NCBI GenBank assembly: GCA_030583785.1
Contig: CP129475.1
Location: forward strand, 351,559-415,558
DNA: 64,000 nt
Direction: 5' to 3'
DNA from: Candidatus Dojkabacteria bacterium
Lineage (GTDB): Bacteria; Patescibacteriota; Dojkabacteria; B142; OLB20
The translations under genes were made by a program, and so were the position numbers. The notes under the pieces are model-generated. The model had not been told where the DNA came from. It was given only the letters and a program-made list of their open reading frames with translations, and did no database searches. Shown in pieces: positions 1 through 10,560 of this stretch (positions within the stretch are counted from its first letter, which is position 1; the number at the start of each line of letters is the position of its first letter).

Positions 1-1
1 A

Positions 2-442
2 GCTCTCGATATAGCCCGCGAAAGTGAACTTGATCTGATAGAGGTTTCACCTACAGCAGATCCACCTGTTGCAAGAATATACGATTGGTCAAAATTCAAG
101 TACCAACAAGAAAAGAAACGAAAAGAGAACAAAGGGAAAGCAGCAGAACAGAAAGAAATGTGGTTTAAAAGTTTTATTGACAAAGGAGACTTAAACCACA
201 AAATAAAAAAGGTTATCGAGTTTCTAGAAAAGAAACATCCGGTAAAACTTACAATAAGAGGTAAGGGTAGAGTCACAAGTGATCATATGTATCAAGTTAT
301 GGACAATATACTTTCCGAACTTGAAGGACATATAAAATACGAAGAAAGACCAAAAATGTATGGCAGAAACCTAAGCCTGATTGTAAGACCATTTAAACAA
401 AAAAGCGAACAAAAAAATGAAGAACAAAATAAAAACTCATAA
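2..442 (+). CDS. infC: Translation initiation factor IF-3, C-terminal part (5' end lies outside the window)
   Basis: The frame is open from base 2. The translation (...ALDIARE..DLIEVSPTADPPVARIYDWSKFKYQQEKK...LTIRGKGRVTSDHMYQVMDNILSELEG...) matches the conserved IF-3 C-terminal domain. It sits in the conserved infC-rpmI-rplT gene order. Confidence 0.85.
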   Translation, partial: ALDIARESELDLIEVSPTADPPVARIYDWSKFKYQQEKKRKENKGKAAEQKEMWFKSFIDKGDLNHKIKKVIEFLEKKHPVKLTIRGKGRVTSDHMYQVMDNILSELEGHIKYEERPKMYGRNLSLIVRPFKQKSEQKNEEQNKNS

Positions 443-614
443 AGCATCTGCTAAGCGGTTTAAGCTAACAGCTACCGGCAAAGTTAAGCACAACAGGCAA
501 GGTAATAACCACCTTAAAGCAAACAAAAACAGAGCTCAAAAAAAGAGAAGCAGTGGTTCTAAAATGCTAAATAGTAAAACCCAAGCAAAAAAAATAATTA
601 GTTTAATAAGTTAG
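417..614 (+). CDS. rpmI: 50S ribosomal protein L35
   Basis: 65-aa basic protein (MKNKIKTHKASAKRFKLTATGKVKHNRQG...) that follows infC and precedes rplT. Confidence 0.85.
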   Translation: MKNKIKTHKASAKRFKLTATGKVKHNRQGNNHLKANKNRAQKKRSSGSKMLNSKTQAKKIISLIS

Positions 615-618
615 TAAA

Positions 619-960
619 ATGAGAGTAAAAAGAGGAGCAGAGAAAAACAGAAAGCATAAAAAGGTACTAGAACAAACAAAAGGTTTTAGACTTAGCTATA
701 GCAAATTGTACAGACGAGCCCGAGAGGCACTTCTGCATGCTAAGCAATACTCATACGGACACAGACGAAAAAGACAAGGACAATTCAGAAGACTCTGGAT
801 ACAAAGAATAAACGCAGGTCTTTCGGAACACGAAATGTCATACAGTACATTTATCAATGTATTAAAGACAAAGAATATCGAAATCAATCGTAAAATCCTT
901 GCTGACTTAGCTTTAAACAACAGCGAAGCTTTCGCAGAGATTGTAAAATCTGTAAAATAA
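619..960 (+). CDS. rplT: 50S ribosomal protein L20
   Basis: 113 aa: MRVKRGAEKNRKHKKVLEQTKGFRLSYSKLYRRAREALLHA... The L20 signature is clear. Confidence 0.9.
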   Translation: MRVKRGAEKNRKHKKVLEQTKGFRLSYSKLYRRAREALLHAKQYSYGHRRKRQGQFRRLWIQRINAGLSEHEMSYSTFINVLKTKNIEINRKILADLALNNSEAFAEIVKSVK

Positions 961-987
961 ACCAAAGCACAAATTATTCAAGAGCCA

Positions 988-2037
988 ATGGCTAATAAGT
1001 CTTCTACAGATACAGATGAGTTGTTATCAAAATTAGACGATCTTTTTACCAAAGCCAAGGCCAATATCAAGAGTATTTCCTCTAAAGAAGAGCTTGAACT
1101 GGAAAGGATCAGATATACTGGCAGAAAGTCCGAACTGACCTCAATACTTAGAGGCATCAAAGACCTTAGCCCAGAAGGAAAACAAGCAGTAGGTAGCAGA
1201 GCCAACGAAATCAGAATTCAAGTTGATCAACTTATTGACCAAAAAAGAGATCAGTTGATTCAAGAGAACATCGAAAAGCTGTCAAATGCAGAAAAAATTG
1301 ATGTAACAGTCCCAAGCCAGCTTAAGAATGGACACCAGCATATTATTTCACAGATGCAGGCAAAGATAGAGGATATCTTCCAAAGAATGGGTTTTCAAGT
1401 TGTTTATCCATACGAAATCGACACAGATTATAACAACTTTCAAGCTGTAAATATTCCAGAAGGACACCCCGCTCGTGACAGTTGGGATACTTTCTGGACA
1501 GAAGACGATCACATAGCGGTGACACATACATCGTCCATGCAAAATAGAGTTCTAAAATCATCAGAACCACCAATTAGAGTTATTGTCCCAGGAAGGACTT
1601 TTAGACACGAAGCTACAGACGCAAGGCACGAGCATACCTTTACACAGGTAGAAGGCGTTTATGTAGATAAGGGAATAACCTTTGCAGACATGCTTGGCAC
1701 ACTAAAAGCTTTCTTTTCCGAATTCTTTGAGAAAGACATACAAATCAAGTTTTCTCCGGACTTCTTTCCATTCGTCGAACCAGGGGGAATGATATCAATC
1801 GATGTTTCAGACTTTGGAGACACTTTTAAAGAAGTGACAAAAGGAACAGGCTGGTTGGAAATCTTGGGTTGTGGCATGATTCATCCGAAAGTTCTAGAAA
1901 TGGGGGGTATTGATCCAAATGTATACAGCGGATTTGCTTGGGGCTTTGGCTTAGAAAGACTTGTGATGCCAAAATTCGGTATAGAAGATGTAAGACATTT
2001 CTATAAAGGAGACTTAGCTTTTATTAGACAGTTTTAA
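988..2037 (+). CDS. pheS: Phenylalanine--tRNA ligase alpha subunit
   Basis: 349 aa. Class II aaRS motifs are present (FRHEATDARHEHTFTQVEG, GFAWGFGLERLVM). The ATG is confirmed at 988 and the stop overlaps the pheT ATG (TAATG). Confidence 0.9.
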   Translation: MANKSSTDTDELLSKLDDLFTKAKANIKSISSKEELELERIRYTGRKSELTSILRGIKDLSPEGKQAVGSRANEIRIQVDQLIDQKRDQLIQENIEKLSNAEKIDVTVPSQLKNGHQHIISQMQAKIEDIFQRMGFQVVYPYEIDTDYNNFQAVNIPEGHPARDSWDTFWTEDDHIAVTHTSSMQNRVLKSSEPPIRVIVPGRTFRHEATDARHEHTFTQVEGVYVDKGITFADMLGTLKAFFSEFFEKDIQIKFSPDFFPFVEPGGMISIDVSDFGDTFKEVTKGTGWLEILGCGMIHPKVLEMGGIDPNVYSGFAWGFGLERLVMPKFGIEDVRHFYKGDLAFIRQF

Positions 2038-4475
2038 TGTATATCTCATATAAATGGCTGTTAAGTTATCTGCCTGATTTAGATAACTTTGAGCCACAAA
2101 CAATCGCAGTTGCCCTTACCGACTCATTGGCCGAGGTCGAGGGAATCACATATATCAGAAATGGACTCAAGAATATTGTCAGTGCAGAGGTTAAATCAAA
2201 AGAACCACACCCTAGTAACGATAAACTAAGTGTATGTGTTGTTTACGATGGCAGAGAAGAAAGAACCATAATATGCGGTGCAGCTAATGTCAGAATGGGG
2301 CAAACTGTGGCAGTCTGCTTACCTGGTGGATCAGTGTTTAATCCATCAGAAGAACTAGGCAAGCAAAGCATTATAAAAATTGAAGAGAAAAAGATTGGAA
2401 GCGTAGCTTCGTTTGGAATGATATGCTCTGCAAAAGAGCTGGGACTTGCAGATGACCATGACAGTATTCTAGAACTTGAACCAGAAATCCAAGTCGGCAA
2501 CGAACTCGTAAGCACTCTAACAGATATTGTTTTCGAAATTGAAAACAAATCAATTAGCCATCGCCCTGACTGCTTCTGCCATAAGGGGATCGCCAGAGAA
2601 CTATCTGCTATATTAAAAATTGACTTTGTTGATGTAAAGCACGAGGTATCGCTTATTCCAACGGCCGACATGCCATTAGATGTTTCTGTAAAGGTAACAG
2701 AAAGTCTTTGTTCAAGGTTCTGTGCTATCACACTCAGCGATGTAGTCGTTAAAGATTCTCCTTTATGGTTAAAATCAAGACTTACAGCAGTTGGGATTAG
2801 AAGTGTCAACAATATTGTTGACCTTACTAATTTTGTCATGCTTGATAAGGGGCAACCGATGCATGCTTTTGACTATGACAAACTATCGAATAATGAAGTT
2901 ACGGTGCGTACAGCCAAAAAAGATGAACAGCTAAATGCACTTGATAACGCAACCTACACCCTAGACGAATCAATGGTTGTTATAACTGATGCATCTAATA
3001 AGCCAAAGAGTATTGCCGGTCTTATTGGTGGACTTGACAGCGAAATATCCAACGAAACAAAAAATATTGTCTTAGAAGCAGCAACTTGGGAGATGTATAA
3101 CATTCGTCGCACTTCAAGGCAACTTGGTGTTCGTACAGAAGCAAGTATGCGCTTTGAAAAGGGCCTAGATCCAAATAACGCACTAGATTCACTAAAGAGT
3201 GCTTTGTTCTATGTACAAGATCTTGCCGGCGGAGAAGTTGCTTCTCCAATTATTGATGTGTATCCTAAGCCTAGAGAAGAACACAAGATATCTCTTCCAA
3301 TGCCTATGATCAAGCGTTTTATCGGCATAGACATCAGTAAGGACAACGCAATCGAGATGCTTGAACTACTTGGTCTTACACACCTAGAAGAAGAAAGCTC
3401 TTCTGGTGAAACCGAATTAGATACCGAAATCTTTGAGATTCCAACATTCAGAAACGACTTAAAGATACCACAAGATTTACTAGAAGAAATTGCCAGACTC
3501 TATGGCTACGACAATATTAAACCAACTCTGCCTGAAAAAGACCTGAAACCTTCCCCAACAAACAAAGTTAGTAAATTAAACTCAAAGATAAGATCTATAC
3601 TCACATCAACTGGTATGGATGAAGTTATTACTTATAGCTTTGTTAATGAAAAACAATACAAAGTATTGAATTTGTCGGCTAATAGTTGTCTGAAGATAAA
3701 GAATCCAATATCTCCTGAATTGTCTTTACTTAGAACCAGTCTAATTCCTGGGTTGATATCTAAACTAGACTATAACACTAGTCAATTCGATGAGTTTGCT
3801 TTATTCGAAATCGGTCGAATCATTCAAAAAGAACTAGACGAAGAGGGGATTCATAAGCAACCGTATAAAGTATCAGGAGTCTACTATAGTAAAGACTCAG
3901 AAGAAGCCTTCTCTAAAATCAAATACTATGTCGAATCTCTACTTACAAAATTAAACATCCCAAATATCTCGTTCTCCAACGAAAAATTACAAGATAATAG
4001 TGGTCTCATCAAAGCAATGCACCCAGGAAGATTCTGCAATGTTTACTCCGGAACTACCCAAATCGGTGTTTTAGGAGAACTTAATCTTGCGGCGGCTCAC
4101 AGGCTCGAATTAGACGGTAGATCATCGCTATTCGAACTTGATCACCAACAATTATTAGAATTATCATCAGACTTCGCTCAGTACAAACGAATCTCTGAAT
4201 ATCAGTTTGTTGATCGAGATTTAAGCTTCTGGTTAGCGGATTCCATCAAATTCGACGAAATATTAACAGTTATTAATGACCAGAAGGATTCTCTTATACA
4301 AAGAGTCGAGCTTCTAGATTTGTTTACCTCAGAGAAAAACGCAGGTAAAAAAAGCTACACTATCTCTGTAAGGCTTCAGAGTTACGAAAAAACGCTGACA
4401 GAAGAGGAGATCAACAAATCAATCGAACAGATAACTGCAAGTCTAATTAAAAAGCTAAAAGCTGAAATCCGCTAG
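2037..4475 (+). CDS. pheT: Phenylalanine--tRNA ligase beta subunit
   Basis: 812 aa. It has an N-terminal tRNA-binding domain, a B3/4 domain (NNIVDLTNFVMLDKGQPMHAFDYDKL), B5 and a C-terminal FDX-ACB region. It is translationally coupled to pheS. Confidence 0.9.
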   Translation: MYISYKWLLSYLPDLDNFEPQTIAVALTDSLAEVEGITYIRNGLKNIVSAEVKSKEPHPSNDKLSVCVVYDGREERTIICGAANVRMGQTVAVCLPGGSVFNPSEELGKQSIIKIEEKKIGSVASFGMICSAKELGLADDHDSILELEPEIQVGNELVSTLTDIVFEIENKSISHRPDCFCHKGIARELSAILKIDFVDVKHEVSLIPTADMPLDVSVKVTESLCSRFCAITLSDVVVKDSPLWLKSRLTAVGIRSVNNIVDLTNFVMLDKGQPMHAFDYDKLSNNEVTVRTAKKDEQLNALDNATYTLDESMVVITDASNKPKSIAGLIGGLDSEISNETKNIVLEAATWEMYNIRRTSRQLGVRTEASMRFEKGLDPNNALDSLKSALFYVQDLAGGEVASPIIDVYPKPREEHKISLPMPMIKRFIGIDISKDNAIEMLELLGLTHLEEESSSGETELDTEIFEIPTFRNDLKIPQDLLEEIARLYGYDNIKPTLPEKDLKPSPTNKVSKLNSKIRSILTSTGMDEVITYSFVNEKQYKVLNLSANSCLKIKNPISPELSLLRTSLIPGLISKLDYNTSQFDEFALFEIGRIIQKELDEEGIHKQPYKVSGVYYSKDSEEAFSKIKYYVESLLTKLNIPNISFSNEKLQDNSGLIKAMHPGRFCNVYSGTTQIGVLGELNLAAAHRLELDGRSSLFELDHQQLLELSSDFAQYKRISEYQFVDRDLSFWLADSIKFDEILTVINDQKDSLIQRVELLDLFTSEKNAGKKSYTISVRLQSYEKTLTEEEINKSIEQITASLIKKLKAEIR

Positions 4476-4485
4476 ATTTTTTATT

Positions 4486-7467
4486 CTAAATTACTGTGAC
4501 TGTAATTTGACCTGAGTCAATCGTTACACCTTTTCTTTGACCTCTTATTTGCAATATATAACTTCCAGGAGAGGTGGGAACAGACCATACGCAATCAGAA
4601 GAATTACATGTTGAACCCGAATTGCTGCCATTAACAAGAAGTTGTACCTGATTTAGCTGAGTTCCCGAATAACTATATGACACATTAGTAATTCCTCCAC
4701 CAGCAATGTTTGCACCGCTAGAGGGCGAAGTTATCGAAATTGTACCGAGTTTCTCAACAGAGATCGTACTGGTTCCAGTTGCTCCAGATGAATCTGTCAA
4801 TTTAACGCTAACAGAATATGTACCTGGCGACACACTACCTAAATCGTATACGGCAGAGTGGGGAAGGGAATCTACTGTTTGGAGCAAGTTCCCGTTGAAG
4901 AATATTTCTGCTTTATTAACTTTTCCATTTGTAGAGAACCCATTAAAACTGATTGTTAGACTGTTTGATTCTAGTAACTGACCATCGCTTGGAGAAGTGA
5001 AGGCCGCCCATGGTTCGTTTCCTCCACCAGGGCTCCGATTTATGTCGCAGGGCTGAGTAGGCAAGGATGAAACACCAACTTCTGGGTGAGCACTCAACCA
5101 TTCATCGAGAAAACCCTGCATTCTGCTATCAGGCATTCTATATATTCTGTAACTTAAAGTTTCTGCCATGCCAACAGCAATATCAATATCTCGTGCTAGA
5201 CGGTCTTTTTGATCTTTACAAACGGTAGCACTTTGCACACTAACATAAGATGGAACTCGGATTCCTGCTATACCTAGATCAGATCCAGCTACTCCTTGGC
5301 AAGATGCACCTTCCTCTGCACTACATGTTCCTGCTGAAATAACGCCCTCTGGTCTTGTGAAAGGAGTCTTTGGTATCGAACCACCTATTCTTCTAACAAA
5401 CTCAGCTATCCAAGGACGAGCAGTTCTAAATCCAGAAGCACCTGGTCTCATGCTTGAGTTGTCATTATTTCCAATCCAGCCAACGACCACAATTTCAGGA
5501 GTATATGTGGCAAACAGTGTTTCTCTCTGAGATTCGGAGGTTCCTGTCTTACCAGAAATATCTCTTCCGTCCCAGCTATCGCCTGGGCCACCGGTTCTAC
5601 CATTAAGTATGTCGTTAATAATATATACGCCCCTTGGATCAGCAACCCTTTCTGGTTGAGGTTCGTACTCGTAAATGATATTGCCGTTTCTATCTTCAAT
5701 CTTAAGAACGACCTCATGTCTGGTAAGATCTCCACCACTAGCAAAAACTCCATAGGCTTGAGCGAGTTCAATAAGTTTGACATCTGCACCTCCGACCGAG
5801 ATTGAAGGACCATATCCTGCAGGATTATTAAATGTCGTATATCCCCATTTTTGCATTTCTTTAACAAAATTTTCGACACCAAGTTGATTAACTAAATAGA
5901 TTGCCGGTATGTTTCTGGATTCTACTAATTGCCATCTAACGCTATTAATTCCGGTGAAGCCACCCTCGTAGTTTTTTGGCTGGTAATTACCAATCTTAAT
6001 CGGAACATCGGCTAATAATGAACCCGCATTGATAATACCGTTCATGACAGCCTGATAGTAAACCATTGGTTTCATAGACGATCCAAAGGACTGTAAAGTA
6101 TCAGTAATATTCACATTAGGTTCAAATTTACAGCTAACACCAAGAGTACAGCCTTCCGGACTTGGATCTGCAAAGTAATTTTTCGAGCCAACCATAGCCA
6201 GAATTTCTCCGTTCTTCGGATTTAGCGCGACTATAGCAGCATTCTCTGCACCAAATTGTTTACCTTGAACATCGACACCTTTCTGCACCTGCTCTTGTGC
6301 TATCTCCTGATATTCAAGATCTAAGGTTGTATATATTCGATATCCACCGGTTTCTATGTCTGATAGAGCAAACGGTTCGCCATTGTTATAAGGCCTTTGC
6401 TGTAATAGCTTCTGCACATAGAAAACAAAATGCGGAGCATTAATCTGGAATCTAGGTTTTTCGTAAACCAACTCAAATTCTCTGGCTTCTTCAATCATTT
6501 CTTTGGTTAACAACTGTGCGTCTTCACCTTCAGCTTCCTTGATTCTTTCGTTGATCGTATCCATATACCTTTCCATTTGACCAAGCACATACATTTGTCT
6601 GCCTTTTACAAGCTCTTGAGCTCTTTCCGGATTTGCAGATTTTGTTGGAGAAAGTCGAGTAGGGTCTTGTGGTATTGCTGCCAGAATTGACATTTCTGCC
6701 AAATTTAGATCTTTAAGATCTTTTCCAAAATATACCTTAGCAGCGCTAGTTACTCCATAAATATTACTTCCCTCTGGTGCAACTGTAAGATACATTTCTA
6801 GAATTTCTTCTTTGCTTCTTTCGCGTTCTATTTGTAAGGCCAGTATCACTTCTTTTATTTTTCTCTCTAATTTTCTTTCGTTTGTGAGAGCTGTCTGCTT
6901 GATTAGCTGCTGAGTTATTGTGCTACCGCCACAAGCGGATTCGCCTTCGCGCAAGAACACGAATCCGCAACGAATAATTGCAGTTAAGTCGACACCAGGG
7001 TGAGAGTAGAAGTCAATATCTTCTGCTGCCAGAAAGGCCCATTGCAGTAGCTGAGGTACCTCGCTGAGTGCAACCGGATCACGATTTTCATCACCAAAAA
7101 CTCTATATAGTTCTTTGCCGTTACGATCATAAATAACACTGGCAGCACTTTTGTTACCAAAAGGCTTATCTCTACTTGGTAGATCTTCGGTAATTGATTG
7201 TACATAGGCTAATCCAAAGATCAGTCCTACAGTAATAATTATTAACATAACAGCTCCAAAGCTGTAGAGAAACTTTCTTACCTTTTCTTGTTTGAGCTTT
7301 GCTGCTATTCTGGCACGAATGCCTTTTTTGCCAGCCTTATTTCCTGAAGAACGGCTCCACTTGCGAGAAGAGAAGTTTCTTGAAGACCTAGTCTTAAACC
7401 TTTTATTATCTTTACCTGCTGACAATTTGATTTTCGTAGAATAACCCATTTTTGTTGATATCTTCAA
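4486..7467 (-). CDS. Class A penicillin-binding protein (PBP1A-type transglycosylase/transpeptidase) with a C-terminal Ig-like extension
   Basis: 993 aa. It has an N-terminal TM anchor, GT51 motifs (RIAAKLKQE, FLAAEDIDFYSHPGVD, GGSTITQQLIK), a transpeptidase core (SxxK-type SSMKP, SGK(T)G) and an extra C-terminal segment of roughly 250 aa rich in S/T/G that is predicted beta/Ig-like. Confidence 0.85.
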   Translation of the reverse strand: MKISTKMGYSTKIKLSAGKDNKRFKTRSSRNFSSRKWSRSSGNKAGKKGIRARIAAKLKQEKVRKFLYSFGAVMLIIITVGLIFGLAYVQSITEDLPSRDKPFGNKSAASVIYDRNGKELYRVFGDENRDPVALSEVPQLLQWAFLAAEDIDFYSHPGVDLTAIIRCGFVFLREGESACGGSTITQQLIKQTALTNERKLERKIKEVILALQIERERSKEEILEMYLTVAPEGSNIYGVTSAAKVYFGKDLKDLNLAEMSILAAIPQDPTRLSPTKSANPERAQELVKGRQMYVLGQMERYMDTINERIKEAEGEDAQLLTKEMIEEAREFELVYEKPRFQINAPHFVFYVQKLLQQRPYNNGEPFALSDIETGGYRIYTTLDLEYQEIAQEQVQKGVDVQGKQFGAENAAIVALNPKNGEILAMVGSKNYFADPSPEGCTLGVSCKFEPNVNITDTLQSFGSSMKPMVYYQAVMNGIINAGSLLADVPIKIGNYQPKNYEGGFTGINSVRWQLVESRNIPAIYLVNQLGVENFVKEMQKWGYTTFNNPAGYGPSISVGGADVKLIELAQAYGVFASGGDLTRHEVVLKIEDRNGNIIYEYEPQPERVADPRGVYIINDILNGRTGGPGDSWDGRDISGKTGTSESQRETLFATYTPEIVVVGWIGNNDNSSMRPGASGFRTARPWIAEFVRRIGGSIPKTPFTRPEGVISAGTCSAEEGASCQGVAGSDLGIAGIRVPSYVSVQSATVCKDQKDRLARDIDIAVGMAETLSYRIYRMPDSRMQGFLDEWLSAHPEVGVSSLPTQPCDINRSPGGGNEPWAAFTSPSDGQLLESNSLTISFNGFSTNGKVNKAEIFFNGNLLQTVDSLPHSAVYDLGSVSPGTYSVSVKLTDSSGATGTSTISVEKLGTISITSPSSGANIAGGGITNVSYSYSGTQLNQVQLLVNGSNSGSTCNSSDCVWSVPTSPGSYILQIRGQRKGVTIDSGQITVTVI

Positions 7468-7552
7468 TAATTATAACAAAATCGACAATAAGTCATGAGT
7501 CTAATATATGAGTAACTCTATGTTACAGTCTTTGGCTTAATATTTGAACTAT

Positions 7553-8419
7553 CTAGAAGATATTTGTAGGACGATTAAATAATCCTTTTTGTTCAACTGC
7601 TTCAATTGCGCGGTCAACTTCATCTTTATCTGGCAATCCCTCAGGAGCAGAGTATAATATAACCCTATCTCTATGCTTTCCCTCCTCAAGTGTTGCTACT
7701 AAGAAAAGCCTAGCTACTCCATTGTCTGAAGATTCATAAGTAGCTACAGCATCTGGTCTGAAACTACAAAAATCCAAATTTGTTAGCATAGGGTAACCAT
7801 TTGTTCCTAAACCTAACGAATCTGCAAAAAAAACACCTTTTACTTCATGTTGCGATCTATGTTCTATCGGTTCTGGAAAACTTACAGTATAACCAGATAT
7901 AACTGGCCAGGAAACTGTTAGATTATTATCTTGTCGAAATGCACCTACTAGTCCGTATATTTCGCTATGCCCCGCAAAGGCATCGATATCATTACTGCCA
8001 TTAAATAATCTATGACTCACAGGATCAAATAACGCTAAATTTACTCTAGGTTCACAATTAAATATTTGCGAAAACTCAACTCTCTCAACATTATTAAGAG
8101 CATGCATGCGATAGCGATGCTGATTATAAAAACTCACAGCCTTAATGTATTTGGGTGCAATATCCTCAGTTATACACCTATATGTCCTAAAAGGATCGAC
8201 CAAGACTTCATCAGCGTATCTACTTATGAGGGGCCAACAATTATCTTGGTTGCCCATTATGGCCTCAAGTGTAAGTATCCTTCGAGATAAAATTTGAATT
8301 CCTAAGTCTTGCCAATGCCTTCTAGTAGTATCTTTCCGCCTTTCAAGAAGATCTGCAAGCTTCTCAAGGTTTTGATCAAGCTCTGCTTGGTAATGATGGA
8401 TCGGACTTTGCTCAGGCAT
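7553..8419 (-). CDS. Hypothetical protein, last gene of the four-gene operon
   Basis: 288-aa ORF that overlaps the upstream M20 gene by 8 nt. I recognised no confident family. Confidence 0.55.
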   Translation of the reverse strand: MPEQSPIHHYQAELDQNLEKLADLLERRKDTTRRHWQDLGIQILSRRILTLEAIMGNQDNCWPLISRYADEVLVDPFRTYRCITEDIAPKYIKAVSFYNQHRYRMHALNNVERVEFSQIFNCEPRVNLALFDPVSHRLFNGSNDIDAFAGHSEIYGLVGAFRQDNNLTVSWPVISGYTVSFPEPIEHRSQHEVKGVFFADSLGLGTNGYPMLTNLDFCSFRPDAVATYESSDNGVARLFLVATLEEGKHRDRVILYSAPEGLPDKDEVDRAIEAVEQKGLFNRPTNIF

Positions 8420-9527
8420 TTTTCAGAACAAATTCAAAGATTAAATCAGCATATTCTTCTAAGCTATGCATATCTATCCATTCATTCTCCGAGTGATCTC
8501 CACCACAAACAGGCTTATGTAAAAGAACAGGAATATCATATTTACTGAAGAAGCGAGCATCAGAAGAGCCAGTGTCAATTACAAAACGAAAATCAATTTT
8601 CTTAACAGTTAATAACTCAAGATAATTTTCAACGAATGTATTTTTTAAATCTAGTTCATAAGGCTCACCATAGACAAGAGCCTTTGATTCTATACCGTCG
8701 GAACACACGCTATCTATAAGTGACTGCAATTCTTTGTAATCAGCGTGCTTTAAGAAGCGAAAGTCTAATTTCATGCTAGCTGAATCTGGTACGGAATTGG
8801 CTGCTGTACCACCGTTAATCTGCCCTAAATTACAACTTATTGGTTCTTGTTCACGATTAAAGATTTCGTCTTGTTTTAGACACGAGTAAAAATCTAGCAA
8901 TTTGTCTATGGCATTCACTCCCTCCCATGGCCTTGAGCCATGTGCAGAAATGCCTGTAGCTTGAATATCAACATGGAGAACTCCTTTTGCAGCTTTGGTA
9001 ACTGCATGGTTGTTTGATCCATCTGGAAGAATGCAGAAATTGCATCGTAAGCTTTGATCATCAAGAAGGTATCTTACGCCATCACTACTACCAATCTCTT
9101 CGTCAGAGGTTAACCAAAGAGCTATATCATGCTTACCTGCGTCAAGCTTGAGTAGGGTATAGATAAAGGCCGCTGTTGCATACTTCATATCTGAAGCACC
9201 TCTAGCTTGAAGTTTGTTGTCAATAATATCTGCCTTAAACATGCTATCAGGCCCTGGAACGACATCTATATGTGACTGCAAGACAATTTTTGGAGACTTC
9301 AAAGATTTTGAGTAAACCACTAAGGATTCTTGTCCGTTACTCAGATATCTTTGAAATTTATATTTATCTGCAAGCAGATTCTCGACATAATCATACAAGG
9401 AGCTGACTTCAAGAGCCTTGCTTGGATAGCCCTCGTAAGTTCGAAAGGAAACTAGTTTCTTTAGAATTTCTATCGCACTAATTTGTTGCATCGAGAAGGA
9501 AGGTTTTAATAATTTCATAATAATCAT
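8412..9527 (-). CDS. M20 family metallopeptidase (ArgE/DapE/ACY1-like), paralog B
   Basis: 371 aa. M20 metal-binding motifs are present (HIDVVP, ARGASDMK, TSDEEIGS). An ATG is confirmed at 9527. Alternative ATGs at 9518 and 9491 would shorten the overlap with the upstream gene. Confidence 0.8.
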   Translation of the reverse strand: MIIMKLLKPSFSMQQISAIEILKKLVSFRTYEGYPSKALEVSSLYDYVENLLADKYKFQRYLSNGQESLVVYSKSLKSPKIVLQSHIDVVPGPDSMFKADIIDNKLQARGASDMKYATAAFIYTLLKLDAGKHDIALWLTSDEEIGSSDGVRYLLDDQSLRCNFCILPDGSNNHAVTKAAKGVLHVDIQATGISAHGSRPWEGVNAIDKLLDFYSCLKQDEIFNREQEPISCNLGQINGGTAANSVPDSASMKLDFRFLKHADYKELQSLIDSVCSDGIESKALVYGEPYELDLKNTFVENYLELLTVKKIDFRFVIDTGSSDARFFSKYDIPVLLHKPVCGGDHSENEWIDMHSLEEYADLIFEFVLKNA

Positions 9528-10560
9528 CTAGACTGGAAATACTTACCCATTCCTCATCGCTACCAATGCCTCCACCCACGGGACCAAATTCAACCCCAGG
9601 CATACCGAGCTTTACAAAATGCCTGACATCTGAAGACCCTTGAGCTGCGTACAATTTACATTTCTTATTGGTTATCGATTTTGTAATCCTCTGCAGAGAT
9701 TTTATGTGCATATTCTCTGGATCAACATCCATGGCAGGCTCATTAGTTAGTATGTTCAACTTTGCTCCTTTGGGTAAGAGCTTTTTGATCACTTTTAAAA
9801 TCCGGTCGTGATCACCAGGGACGAATCTAATGTCCATGCCAAGACAGGCATGGTCCGGAACTTTATTGAAAGCTTTATTCACAGTATTTAGTTTAGAAAA
9901 ATTGATTGTTGTGATCCAATCTTTCTTTACTGGATTTTTTATCTTACCTGATAACTTAGTTATAAAATCAGACGCTTGAAAGAGGGCATTATTTCCTTTC
10001 CATGGGTATGCTCCATGTGCGGATTTGCCTTTAAATTCAACCTCAAGCCACATTATTCCTTTTGCCTGATTGACGATATCCAGATTTGTAGGTTCTGATG
10101 AAATAACAAATTCAGCCGTTAAACCATTCTTTAACTGATAAGCAGTTCCATCAAAGCCACCTATTTCTTCATCTGTTGTAACCTGCAAAGCAAGAGGGTA
10201 GTCAAGATTTTTTGCATACTCCTTAAATACAAGGACACAACAAGCGGCATTTGCCTTCATGTCCATAGCACCAGCTCCGTAAAGTTTGTCTCCGATAATT
10301 TTCGGACTGTATTGATTATCCTTTGCCGGAATAATATCTAAATGGATATTAAGAACAAATTTAAAGTTTCTAAAACCCTTTGCCTGATTATGAATAAGTG
10401 AACTTATTTGTCCATTGGCAAAAAAATCTTCAATTGTATATTCGGCTAAAGATGACTTTACAAGGTTTAGAGCCTGTTTAAGATGGACTTTAGAATTAGG
10501 AATCGTTGGAATCCTAATCAGTTCTCTAGCTAGTTTTAAAATGTCATGCTGCTTTCGCAT
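9478..10560 (-). CDS. M20 family metallopeptidase (ArgE/DapE-like), paralog A
   Basis: 360 aa: HLDIIPAKD, GAGAMDMKANAA, TTDEEIGG. The ATG at 10560 overlaps the end of the 690-aa gene. Confidence 0.8.
   Translation of the reverse strand: MRKQHDILKLARELIRIPTIPNSKVHLKQALNLVKSSLAEYTIEDFFANGQISSLIHNQAKGFRNFKFVLNIHLDIIPAKDNQYSPKIIGDKLYGAGAMDMKANAACCVLVFKEYAKNLDYPLALQVTTDEEIGGFDGTAYQLKNGLTAEFVISSEPTNLDIVNQAKGIMWLEVEFKGKSAHGAYPWKGNNALFQASDFITKLSGKIKNPVKKDWITTINFSKLNTVNKAFNKVPDHACLGMDIRFVPGDHDRILKVIKKLLPKGAKLNILTNEPAMDVDPENMHIKSLQRITKSITNKKCKLYAAQGSSDVRHFVKLGMPGVEFGPVGGGIGSDEEWVSISSLDDYYEIIKTFLLDATN

Noticed and set aside
2243-2839. Antisense ORFs inside pheT, PBP1A, the giant gene, gyrA and others (for example 2243..2839-, 5448..5882-, 19660..20100-, 56514..56960-)
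   Set aside because: They overlap well-supported genes on the opposite strand, have low-complexity translations and no homology signal. They are typical shadow ORFs.
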